DNA from: Amoebophrya sp. A120
Lineage: Eukaryota; Protista; Dinoflagellata
NCBI GenBank assembly: GCA_905178155.1
Contig: CAJINV010000027.1
Coordinates: 61,697-125,696 of the forward strand
Direction of reading: 5' to 3'
DNA length: 64,000 nucleotides
Shown here: positions 11,571 to 23,700 of the stretch, one piece after another
Layout: each line of letters begins with the position of its first letter
Numbering within the stretch: position 1 is the first letter of the stretch
The notes under the pieces: model-generated
What the model was told of the DNA's origin: nothing
The model's database searches: none
What the model saw: the letters and a program-made list of their open reading frames with translations, nothing else
Made by a program: the position numbers and the translations under genes

Positions 11571-14146
11571 TACAAGGGGCACGAAAGGCCTGCGAGCAGG
11601 TCGTCGGTGCTCCGGAACAGGTGGTCGTCAACAGGCGTCGGGTGCTGCAGAAGCAGTATCAGAAGATCGTGGGAGCCATCCGAGACACCGTATCATACTG
11701 AAAACTTTATCGTACTGGCAGGTGCGACGTGGTATAAAATCTGTCTGCATCTTCGTCCACAAAAAAAAATTTCCTTTGAAACGCAATTTTTTGCAAGATA
11801 GCGCAGAGTCGTCTTAGACACGTTGCCGTGTGCTGAGTTCGGCCACAATCCAACCATTGTGGAGAAACCTTTTTTCTTTGAACAGACGAAATCAACAAGC
11901 TCCATCTGTCAGGCTGACATGAATCTTTTCGACATGTCTACTTAGCTGTCTTTGAAGACCCGTAGAAAGACACACTGCCAGCTTGATGTAAAGTTTTCAG
12001 TTTGAGAACGCAAAGAGCGAATCGACGCGGTGGTCAAGCTGCTGGAGCAGCATGACAATGTCGTGGAGCGCGGCTACTACCAGGCCATGTACGGAACAAC
12101 TGTCGAACAAAACATTGTGCGCAGCCAGACCACAAACGGAGATGCTAGTGCCGGCACTAGGCTACAACAGGGACAGCCGAGTAACTCTCTCGTCGCGCGG
12201 CCAGTAACTCTCTCGTCGCGCGTCTCTCGGCTCGTTGTCACCCCCGACGCACCAACGGACTCCTTACCGGCCACCGACGCGACACGCGCGCGCGGTTTTC
12301 CTCATTTGGAAATGGGATCCTTCAATTGGTGCTTACGATACGACTCTGGACTTGCCGACGACATTGCGATACTGGTTGTGGATGAGAAAACGATGCTACG
12401 ATGGGAAACCGATGCTCTAATGGGAGAAGATGACGTGATGAGGATTGGGGCACGAAGCTTGTGGAAGTTGTTTATGGATTTATGCTATACAGATTTGGAC
12501 TTACGATTTAGAATTCCATGTAGGATATAGACTTTTAGTTTCGGCCTGTTTCTGTATCAAGCTTCTGTAAGATTTATGGTTTTAGATTTTGACTATGAGA
12601 AAAAGCGTTGGGGGCGGTTTGGGTAAATGAAAACTGGTTGGAAACGCTATTTCTCATAGATCAAATTGCAAAAATGAACAGGATGATAAGAAAAAGGAAG
12701 CGAAATCGATCGAGCAAGAAAAAGACCAAAAACCAAGGAAAAGCAAGCAAATTCTTGCCACGATCGACAGAAAAAGGAAAAGGAAAAGAGAAGAAGAAGA
12801 AGGCAAAGACATTAGGTTTGATTTACATTGGATCCGCATGAAAAACTGGACTTTCTTACTACTTTCAAGGAGCGGAGCCATGGCTACGGTCACAATGGGC
12901 AAGGTTAGGAATACGAATTTAGCATAAGAAACTGGAAAAACTAGACTGCGGATTAAGGATTTGTAATGCGAACCTATTGAATTTGAACTAGTTTTAGTTG
13001 GTGTTCGATTATGATCTCGGTATGCTTGCGGTTGAGAATTAACCTCTCCATTTCGAAACTAGATCCTTCAATTGGTGGAGAACCTGGGCATAGTTCGACT
13101 CAGATGCAACGCGTAGCCTTACCGTTTTAGCTAGATACCCCACCACTATGACCCCGAGCAGAATGCTGAAGGAAAAGCCGCACCGCAGAAGCAGGGAAGA
13201 CCGCCGCAAAGAAACCGCAAAACAACCAGAACAGGAAGAAAGAAGGCTTGCTATAGGGTCTATAGCAACAGACGAGAACTCACCTGGACCGCAGGCGAAG
13301 TAGAAAACAGTGGAGATGTACGAACCACGCACGACGTGGGGTGTTGATGGAGTACGACCGCGCGAAATTGATTTGGACGGGGAAATGCTGCAACAGGATA
13401 GATTGGAAACCGACAAGACCAGTCCCAGAACCGGAGGCCGCTTTCGTTATTTCTAGCACTACACGGGAAAGATTTGTTACACGGGATTTGTTTTTAGACC
13501 ACGGGATATATTTGTTTAACGAGACCTCAGTCGCGCTACAGAGTTCGCGGGAACTAGTTCGACAAACGACGCGGCTGGGGTACGTTCCAAGATTTGTTTA
13601 CGGATACGGGTTTTATTTGGGTTCACGATTTACGGACTCCTTACCGGCCACCGACACGACGCGCGCGCGGTTTTCCTTGTCGCAGCGGCAAAGCTTCTTT
13701 GCGTGTCTTGCATTCATTTTCTCGTGCATCAGTCGTGTACAGTAGCTAGATTGACATTGTATAATTTCTCCCCTTTTGCTGTTCCTCGCGCAGTTCATGA
13801 GTCGCCTTTCTTCAACTGGAAAATGAAAAAATTCGCGGCCAGGAAAATCAACAATGGTTTTCAATTTTTATGCAAGACAAATGTCCGTCGAAGTTGTGAT
13901 GCTGTTTTTCATATACAGTAACAAAGGCACGTAGAACAACTCGAAGGCGAAGTGGAGGAAGTCGAAGCAAATCCTTGATGTCGAAGCAAATCCTTGATAT
14001 CGAGGTTGCTGTGGTGTATGTTGAGAGTGAGATGAGGGACGAGGGCATACAAGCAAAACCATTCACACAACGAAAATAGGCCATGTTCTTGGTGCATAAT
14101 GCAGTACATTCAACAAAAAAAGTCTCACTTGCTATACAGCAAAGCT

Positions 14147-14420
14147 TATCCACTGCAAACATGTCGGGTGGTCTGGAAATTTCTTATGCTATTTCAGCAA
14201 TATTAATGGTTGGCGTACTGCAATTTGCAGCTAAGCATGACAAGTTTACAGCTAGTTCGTACATGATGCTGCGTTTTCCGCAAGGAGGCCCGCGCTTTTG
14301 GTGACACGCATGAGGCTTTATTTTCGCTTCTCATGCATGACAGAATTGAGAGTGAGGGGAAACCAACAAGACAAACCTTTATTCATCTTCCAGACCACCC
14401 AGACGTATTTGCGATGCATA
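14147..14420. mobile_element. degenerate family A introner
   Basis: tatccactgcaaacatgtcgggtggtctggaa / ttccagaccacccagacgtatttgcgatgcata. Confidence 0.75.
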
Positions 14421-14548
14421 ACTACCCAGACGTTGCCCGCGTAGTTTTGGCGCTTCTTCTCCTTCTGCTAACCTTCGTAGCTTGGCCGGCGGGACTCGGG
14501 ACACGGTACCGTGGGTCTGGAGAGTTGCAGCTGGTACTTCTGCATCAG

Positions 14549-14808
14549 TATACACTACAAACACGTCTGTGTCTGGAAGGACGCAAACCTGTGATGTGGA
14601 AACTGAAACGGGCAAAAATCAGTGCTGCATGGGCTGCGGTTGCAAAGGGTGTGCGTTGTTGTCGTGCAGAAGAGGGGTCCAGGAGTCTCCGCAGAGTTTG
14701 TCATGCCCCTTGTTTAATACTCCATGGTACAGACCTCCTTGCAGTGACAGAAACGGCATGAAAGATGGCTTCTTCCTTCAAGACCCAGACACATTTTTGC
14801 ATTTGATA
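14549..14808. mobile_element. family A introner
   Basis: Degenerate TIRs; perfect DR atcag. Confidence 0.8.
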
Positions 14809-15001
14809 ATCAGCGCAGCTGCGTATCGTTCCGACGCTTTCAGCTCCATGACATGCGTATCCGATGCGAATGTGTCTGGGTTCTTTGGTAAACTGGAACT
14901 TGTTATGCTTGCCTTGTATTTCTGCAAAAGCTGTATTGCATCAGCGGACTCCTTACCGGCCACCGACGCGACGCGCGCGCGCGGTTTTCTGTGGACGTGG
15001 A

Positions 15002-15152
15002 TATCAAATGCAAAAATATCTGGGCCTCGAAAGTTGGAACTTGTGATGCTAACTTTGGACTCTAAAAAAAATCTGTATTGCATGACCAGCAAGAGGAGCC
15101 ACGTTTGTGCTACGCGAGGAGGGCATTTGTCATGCGGAAATGGCATCAGGAA
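15002..15152. mobile_element. right-truncated family A introner, near-copy of 8600-8750
   Basis: Same flank (ggacgtgga) and internal sequence as the 8600 element, with a few substitutions. Confidence 0.85.
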
Positions 15153-15398
15153 AATTGCTTACGCGGCATGATCTGAGACGGCCACCAATCTCTCATGCAG
15201 AGAAATTTGTCTCTCTCTCATGCAGAGAAATTTGTCTTGCTGAATTGACAACAAATGTGTAGCTGTAACACTTTTTTCGTTCGATATTGACGAGGAGTTA
15301 AGCCTATCCTTCGACGACCTCTGTCGGTCGTCCGTGGCGGAGCTAACCCAGATCCTTTTGGACGCGCTTCAGCGGCGGCCGCTCGACCTGCCGAATGA

Positions 15399-15608
15399 TA
15401 TTCTTTGCAAAAGTATAAAAATCGACGTATTAGTATGTCGTGGTATTAAAAACTATTGCAATTGTACACATTAGCTGCTCAGCATCTTGACAAAAAATGG
15501 AACAATATTTCATGCTGATTTAGCTTGGGAGAAAGATGATTTGTCTTGTATGACTGCGATAATTCGACGTACGAGCACGAGTGCAAGAATACTTTTTCAT
15601 CGAGGATA
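15399..15608. mobile_element. degenerate family B introner
   Basis: tattctttgcaaaagtat / atactttttcatcgaggata; DR aatga/actga. Confidence 0.7.
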
Positions 15609-15708
15609 ACTGACCCGGCCCAGCAAGTCGTTTTACTATGGGGAGGGGGGATTTTTCATTCTGATACCAGCGCGGTCCTTCTCATCCGGGACCAACAAGC
15701 CTCAGCTC

Positions 15709-15857
15709 TATCCTGTGCAAAAGCATCGTATTCGTATAAATGCAAGTCTTGCATTACAAATCTTTCTTTTAAGGCAAATCAGCATTACAAATTTTATTTC
15801 TCATGCTGAGAAAATTTGTAATGCATTTATACGAGTGCGATACTTTTGCAGTTCATA
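15709..15857. mobile_element. family B introner
   Basis: Clean TIRs; perfect DR agctc. Confidence 0.9.
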
Positions 15858-15877
15858 AGCTCCGAAGGCAAGCAACG

Positions 15878-16055
15878 TATCCTGTGCAAAAGTATCGCAC
15901 TCGTATTGCAATCATGCATATACTAATCGTAATCTTTTTCTTAAGGTAAATCAACATGACAGATTTTCTTGTTTCTCATGCTGTCTGAGGAAATTTTTGT
16001 ATAGTGCATTTATAATATTAATACCACGAGCGCGATACTTGTTTTGCAAGTCATA
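15878..16055. mobile_element. family B introner
   Basis: TIRs present; DR caacg/cgacg. Confidence 0.85.
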
Positions 16056-16119
16056 CGACGAGCGCGAATTTGATTTTTGGCATCGGCTACAGCAAGACCG
16101 CCACGGAGCACATGGACAA

Positions 16120-16441
16120 TATCAAAAGGAAAAATCCCCCCTCCCCATATCAAAACGAAGTTTCTGATGCAGGATTTGCGTACACAAATCAGCTTTGTAT
16201 TGCAGGAAGGCACTGCGGTCGGATCCCCAAGCTAGGTAGGGGCGTATGCGTCTAGTTGTTCAGCATGGTAAGCGGCTCCCCTTTAGGCCCAACAGCATGA
16301 CAAATCGCTTCCATAATGGGGCAGAAGCTTCTGCCCTTGTCTTCTTGCAAAACAAATCTGATTTGTGACCTCAAATCAGCAACACAAATTTTCGCAAACA
16401 TGCATTTTCAATATGGGGAGGGGGGATTTTTCCTCTCAATA
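16120..16441. mobile_element. family G introner
   Basis: TIR tatcaaaaggaaaaatcccccctccccatat / atatggggagggggatttttcctctcaata. Confidence 0.9.
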
Positions 16442-16575
16442 GTTCCAGCCAGACGACCAGACCGAAGAGGGGAAGAAGATGGCCGCGGACGCTTTTTCCA
16501 ACATTGCTATGCAAAGCCCGGAGGAGAAGCTTTCCGAAGATCCGCTGGACCCCGATGGGCTGCACTCAGCCTGGG

Positions 16576-16837
16576 TATCAAATGTAAAAATGTCTGGGTC
16601 TGGAAGAATTCAACTTGTCATGCTAAATCTGAAGCATGCAAAAATCTGTGTTGCATGATTACCAAAAGTCGTCCAGTTTTGACCAAGTCGGGAGGTAGTT
16701 TCTCATGCAGGATAGGCATTAGAAAGGTCTCGCAGAATCTGCCATGCTAGGTTCTGCATTCCAGACCTCATGGGTCAGGGAAAAGCAGCATGACAAATCG
16801 CGCACTCTTCCAGACCCAGACATTTTTACATTTGATA
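16576..16837. mobile_element. family A introner
   Basis: Near-perfect ~30-bp TIR; perfect DR ctggg. Confidence 0.92.
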
Positions 16838-19029
16838 CTGGGACACCTTTTACGATTCTTTTCTTTCCGGACTCCTTACCGGCCACCGACGCGACACGCG
16901 CGCGGTTTTCCTTGCGAAAGGGAATAGTGAGGACACTGTAATGCGCTGCCAAGCATGACATGTATTTCCGTGGTTTTGAGTTGCGTACTTCGCATGAGAA
17001 ACTGCGTTTTTGCATGACAGGCAAGACGAGGAGCTCTTTGCGGTGACGCAACACAGAGTTCAGAGTCATGCCAGATTAGCATGACAAATCTCGCAACTTC
17101 CCAGAGGACCCAGACATAGTTGCACTGGATAAGGGGGAAGAATTACCGATTTTAGCGGAAGAGATTGCCGATGCGGAGGAGCTGTGCTTCTTCTTCGAGA
17201 ACGAAAATTTGTCGAGACGAGATTATTCACCTTCGTCAAAATCTCCCTCCAAATCAACAACGCGAGCGGGGCCTGGAGGTGCGCAACTATCCTCGTCGAA
17301 ACAAACCACGACGGTTGTTATCCAAAAGCAAACCCTGGGTCTGTTGATGAAGCAGGCAGTTGAGATCACGACGGCGTTCCGGACAGATTTGCTCATCCTG
17401 GAGTTTGACGAAGTAATTCTGTCGAAGAAGAACGAGAAAATCGAGAAGCTAGACAGTCAAATCAAGCAATTCTGGGTCAAGAAAGTGAATCAGCTCGCAG
17501 GACCGCACGCCGGCCACCGACGCGACACGCGCGCGGTTTTCCTTGCGGCGCACAGTTGAGCTGGCCAGAACACTGGGCCCGCAGCGGCCGCGCAGCTAGC
17601 ACAGGGCGCGGGCGGCAGGGCCGCGGAGTAGATCTCGGGGCCGGTCGGCGCGCTTGTACGCAGCCGGCCCTCAGGCCTGGGCCAGATCTTGCCTGGGGCC
17701 CGCCGGCTGCTCCCGGTCATCGATCTGCGCCCCCGTTTATTCGAATCGAAAAGGTGGCGAGCGTCCCTGTGCGCCGCTGCACGGGGGCGCCTCCAGATAG
17801 AAGTGTCACACGGACGCCCCACGACCGCGCACAGACGAAGGCGCAGCGGCGCGTTGGTGTTGCCCGTCCTGGGGCCACCGCCGCCACCAAGTTATCACAC
17901 CCACTGCAACTGTCGTGACAGCGGGAAACCTCTCCTGTGATTTGGTGGCATGCAGGCGCCGCTGCCGGGCCTTTGTAACAGGACATTTTGAAGCAGAGGA
18001 AACTTCGTGAACAGAAACACCGATGTGGTTGGTGAAGAAATGCGGCGGGGCTGCAAAAATGACCGCCTGCGTAATTCTAAATCATGTTCATCTTTCTAGA
18101 GCACGCGGTCCGACTGAGACTGTGCGAAGAGGATCCCGGAAGGTCGTGTACTAAGATTTTCCACTACACGACCCTCCTCAATAAAATCAACGAAGATCCT
18201 ACTGTTGATCCGCAAACCCGATCCGGCAAAGGAAAAATGATGCAAATGGAAATTATACAGCTCTTCGGCGGGTGCCAGCACTGCCACCGGTGCCACAAGA
18301 AAAAAATCACTTTTTCAAGATACCCATTTCGTTTTTTCGGTTCTTCGCAAATTGAAACTGCATGAAGCTCCTCCTCCTTCCTACGGAGCCCGCGCACGGA
18401 TGGGGGCCTCCAACGCAGGGCGACCAAATTTTTTTCTTTTTCGGTAAAAAATCAGCCCCAACCCCTCGCGAATTTTCAAAAAACACTCGAAAAAGCAAGT
18501 TCGGCTTCAACGTTGCAGGCGTGCTAGACCCTATGCCCCTCTTGTTGACAAAGGAGCTACTACGTGCACATGCGCAATGGATCTTCCGTCTGTAGCCTTT
18601 GCTGCACTTCTACACACCGATCGCTTTCCGCAATAAAATTCATGATGATCATCTGAGAATTTTTATTGTTCCCGACTACAAAAGAACCTATGTTGGCGTT
18701 CCACAAACTCCTGTCGGTACTGCGAAATCAGTTTCAAAAAGATCATTTTCCTCACGTTCCGTTCCTTCGGTCTTTCTCACAAATGAGCATGATCAGTGAT
18801 AAAAATGCACCTCAAGTAGATCCTCTTCCCGACAAACACAAAACGTTGCGGAGCTGTTTCTGCAACACAAGAAGGTCAGATCCTACGGTAGAAGAAATAA
18901 ATGCATACAACGTGTCAACGCATCGGTTGCTGGCATTGTTCTGCGGCCATGTAACTACAAATAAATGCGTAGTTGTCCCATTCTGTGCCAACATAAGTAG
19001 ATGTTTTATTCCCAATGCAACAGGTTAAA

Positions 19030-19322
19030 AGCTTTGAAGCAATAACAGCTTCTTCAAACTCGCATCAACAATACTACTAGCTGATCCGCGCAAGTGGAAG
19101 TCCTGCTAGAGCTAGGAAATAGTTGTACAACCAGGAGGTAAAAAACCGTTTGAGTTTATACCGTGTTATAGCAACATCAAAGTGGCTCTTCAAAATTCTC
19201 ACTTTAACGGTGGCTCTTTCAAACTAACGCATAACAGGTGTATAGAGCTTTGAATCAGCGTCTTACAACTCGCGTGAGCAATACTAGCCATTCCGCGCAA
19301 GTGGAATTTCTGCTAGAGCTCG
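19030..19322. repeat. diverged ~85-bp direct duplication
   Basis: agctttgaa...caatactag...tccgcgcaagtggaa...ctgctagagct at ~19030-19115 and ~19246-19321. Confidence 0.75.
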
Positions 19323-20717
19323 ACAGTACTGCGGAGAAACAAGAAGTACCGTGTAACAACTGAGAACTTGTTTTCGGCTTGTTTTGAAAGGTTGTGATAT
19401 TAAAGTAGGAATATTCATCACGTTCAGGGCAGCGCTGCCATTCCTTTACTCTGGCAGTAGAGGAGCCTTATTTTCCCCGTGAAAATACGACTACTTGCAA
19501 AAAAATATCAACCAAGACTTCAGACCTGTTGATGCAAACCAATCTGCCATCGCAGTAGAATAGACAGCATATTTTTAGTGGCCATAGCTGCGTCATACTT
19601 TGCTCGCCGCGAGGGAGCAATTTTTCATCGAACACACCGAAAAACCAAAAAGTTTATTCTGCACAACGCGGTGGTCGGACTTTGGGTTTGGCCTTTATAC
19701 CATTTTCATTTCGCGGCAGAAGCTGAAACGGCATTCGTCATCGTGTGTGGCACCATTCTTGCAGGAGCTGCTTTTTTTGGCAGAACCTCGCAGGCTGCTG
19801 CTCTTTATTAGTAGTTCTTAGGGGAGCTTTTGCGCTGTATGATTTATTGAAAAAGGAGTAGGAAAAGTAGTATTGGCATTGTTAAAAAGAGTCAGAACTG
19901 TAATCGCACTAGCTTTGCTACGTAGACCATACCCGACATTATCTTTTCTTCCGACGAGATTGCGTACTCTTGTCGAGATTTTACTACTTCGAGCGATTTT
20001 ATTCACAGCACAAAGAAACTGGAACTGCGTTGAGAACTTGATGTACTAGTACACTTTTGGTTTGTTCGCACGAGAAATTTACCCGAACAGGAAGGTTTCG
20101 GCCGCTGAAACATACAAAAGGAAAAGCACTACCTTTATTCGAATTTTTCAACAGGAACTCTTTGCTGGACTAGCACATAGTATCTTTACTTTCCGTCAAA
20201 ATTGGGTGAGTCTCAATTTCGTCGAGACCGAAAAGGGTTATTCAGCTGTTGTACTATTTGTTGTATTAAACAGAACGTATTCACTACCGGAGTATTATCC
20301 AGAAGCACGTACTGCATCGTCGTTGTTCCGAGAGCAAGAGCAACACGAAGCGGAAAGAACGTCAAGCGCATTAAACTATCCACAAAGAGCACTGCATTTA
20401 TTCTGCCAAGAGCCGAGGCCTTGTTTTATCTATTTTCAATCGTTTTTAATCATCAACGTCCGACTTCTCAACAAGGTCAAGACGTCGAGAAAATACCTGA
20501 AGCTATTGTACAATTTTTGTTGAAGTAACCACTACTTCAGTCACACAACTTTTCAAAGAAACAGTACTAGAATTGCACATCAAAGAAATACAGGCAGCAG
20601 AGTCTCACAACAGAGATCTACTCTTGCGAAGACATTAACAGCAGAAGTGCGTTGTATCGCAGTTGCCACCAGGTTTATTTTTACCAACAATTTTTCTCGC
20701 TTTACTTCAAAATCAAA

Positions 20718-23700
20718 ATGGCAAAACACTCAAACTGTTCCTCCCACCCACGCAAAATGCTGAACCGCGTGGTCGTGGGAAAGAATACCTGTGGTCAACA
20801 CCTCCCCGCTGCCCGTACAACTCTTCGCGCCCTGCAAGTGGCCGCGGCTGCCGCAGCCGGCGTTGGATTCATTTTTGGGGTCGCCGTGGACTGCGGCTTT
20901 ATGATCGGCGCGAGCTCCTTCGTCGAAGCAGCTGCAAGTAGTAGCTCCGGTGCGAATGATACATCTCCTGCTGGGGCACATCAACTACTAGGTTCTACAG
21001 AACTACCTCCCGACCAGATCACGTTTCCGGTGAGCCAAAACATCGGCGGTGCAGCCCAGGAAGCTGACGGGGGGCGGAAGGAAAACGAATTCTGGAAATC
21101 CCTGCTCCGGGACGGGGAAAGCAATCTGGCTGATGTAGTGCTTGGAGTGGAAAATGAAAATCACGCAGCTGGGGCAGAAACAATCGGACCAGCGAGGGAG
21201 CAGTTGACAGAATATTGGACCTCTTTCGTCCAACGCACCGCACATTTCGTAGCCCAGGTGGATGAAGAATACGGCAAGGTCTGTCGTGGCCCTGTGGAAA
21301 GAGCAGATTATCGTCCACCTGGAGAGGACCTCCAGCATCGCACTACTACTAATATCGTCTGGCGTCTAGAGGAAGTTGGGTTGAAACAGAAGTTAGCCGA
21401 AAAAGTTCGGAATCTCTTAAACCTTCGAGAAGAGGAGCTTAACACCAGGCAGTTTTATGACAAATCCTACTACCGGCGCAAAGTGCTGCAGGTGGTTCGG
21501 AATGACAACGATGTGCTCGCCGCAAAGGTTGGGGCGCCACCACTGGAGCTGGCTGAGTCGCCGGACGTGCCGCACGGGCTTGGTGACGAGTCGCATCAGA
21601 GGTTGAGGCTGGTGCCACTAATCGAGCCGGGGGACGTAGCACTCGTTGCGTGCGCAGTGGAACGTCAGGAACATTTTTTGGATGGCCGACCAGCTGCGCC
21701 TGCTCAGGAGATCATGACTTCTTCACCTGGTACTAGCCACGAAGGAAAAACAAATCATTTTCTCAACGTCCCTACCATCGCAGCTGCGTACCTGCTCCTG
21801 CAGGAGCACTTCATTGACTTTGCGGATATGGAAGCCGATGAGTTTTGGCACGTCGCAAACGGGAAACTGCTGCAGTCCACGCTCCTGCAGCAACCGGGAG
21901 CAACGGGAGCTTTAAAGACGCATAAAAGTATAAAGGAGAATCTCACGAAGCGCGCTTTTTTCGCGGCGACACGGGCACGGACGAAAACGCTGGGAACGTT
22001 TTTGAACGTCGTTGCCGAGGACGATCAGTATTACAACAATCCAGTAGACTCTACGCGTCAACAATCCTCCGGCGTCAATCGCAAACTCGCGACCCGAATC
22101 GCCATGACAATGCAGCTACTGTATGCGAAAAGACTACAAAACCGGAACCGAGGGGAGACCGAGATGTGGGACACTTTGAAACTGAAAGCGGACATGGATC
22201 AGTATTTCAAGGAATTTGCCGACCTCAGCGAAAGGCCGGTCACCCAACAGGTTGGCATCACAGGTTGCAAGCACTGTTACCAAAAGTGGCGCGCTATGGA
22301 CCAAGAATTCTTCGATGCCCGGCAAGCGGCATTTGACGGGGGGCGGCTGCACATCGACGTTGCAATTGTGTCTACAACGGAGACCGCGAGCAGTGCCACT
22401 CCGCCTTTGACGCCTGTCCTGCTGAACAACCTCTCGAAAGTAGAGGCGGAAAACCTGCAGAAATTTTACCAGGAATGGTTCAGCAAACCGTCGTATCAAA
22501 TGTAAAAATGTCCGGGTCTGGAAGAATGCAAGTTTGTCATGCTTGTCTGGCATGACTCTTAAATCTGTCATGCACATTACCAAAGAGCCCCACTTTTCTG
22601 TCATGCAGAAACGTAGTTTGTCATGCAGAATAGGCAACACCTAGAAGCTCAGAAACTTGTCATGCTGAGCCAGCAAGTGTGGCCTCCTCATGATATGCCA
22701 CACAGCATCACAAGTTTCCAGACCCAGACATTTTTCCATTTGATCCGTCGGGTTCATCTTTCGTGAAGATCGAGTTCTTGGTATCCTGAGTAAAAACGCT
22801 CCCACGCCAGAGTTAAGATGGGGAATCGGCTAGACAAACCTTGGAGTTTTGGAAGTCACGCATGACAAGTTGCAGGCTGTAGTGTAGTGCAGTTAAGCAA
22901 GGAAAGCCGCATAGCAAATCCATCTCCCCATGCTGTTGCCAGCATTACAAGTTCCAAAACACGCTGGGAAATGCCTCTCATGGGGATGCGCATTACAAAT
23001 GCTCTTGTGCTTGTAGATCTGCATGACAACTATGGGGTGGGGACGTTTTTACACAGGATACTTGGACGCCATAAAAGTGACCGGCACCACGGGCGAGGAA
23101 ATCGTTCTGAGCGGCCCTATGACGACCACAGTCGGAGGACTACAGGTCGGAGGGGCAGGAACTGGTCTGCCGCTCGCCGGCACCATTCGCGTTGGAACCT
23201 TGGACGCACTGAAGCAGGCGGCGCTGCTGGACCAGAAGAACGGTAACAGCACTGGGGCAAGAACCGCTTCCACTACAACGGGGGGTCCACCGTCTCAGTA
23301 TCTCTACGTGACCACGGTTGAAGGTGGTGGAAATGATAATGAAATAGAAGATACTACCGGGGCCGCGGCACGCGCCCACAACAATTATGGTTCCTCTTAC
23401 CCTATCGTGCAAGACCTGTTCATCTCGAAAAAACTGACCGACGTAAGCCAGATTGTGGAGCTTGCCCTCCCGGGTGCCGACACCCTCCAGCCCATCTTCC
23501 CGTACTTGGTGACCGAAATGCAGAAGGTCGGCGAGGCGTTTGCCATCGTGAAGGACCATTTGGTCTTTGCCTCCGGGCGGGACAGCCCTCAACATGATCA
23601 TCTCGACAGAAGACAAAGTTTCACACAACTCGCACTTCCGGCGCTGGAACGGCGAATGCGGTTGGAGTTGCGGGATTTTTCACGCAAACACAACCAATTC

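Larger units (their letters stand above)
7059..17549 (+). repeat. array of 9 direct copies of a GC-rich anchor repeat with kb-sized non-repetitive spacers
   Basis: Core CGGACTCCTTACCGGCCACCGACGCGAC(A/G)CGCGCG(CG)CGGTTTTC at 7059-7126, 8527-8589, 10109-10158, 10901-10957, 12236-12302, 13632-13679, 14945-14989, 16868-16916 and 17510-17549. Confidence 0.95.

Noticed and set aside
14482-15171. 229-aa Cys-rich ORF
   Set aside because: Composed of family A introner sequence and the anchor repeat; the Cys richness comes from TGCATG-type motifs.
7059-17549. CRISPR array or integron cassette array
   Set aside because: Spacers are 0.6-1.9 kb, repeat ends are ragged, the context is eukaryotic, and no cas or integrase gene is visible.
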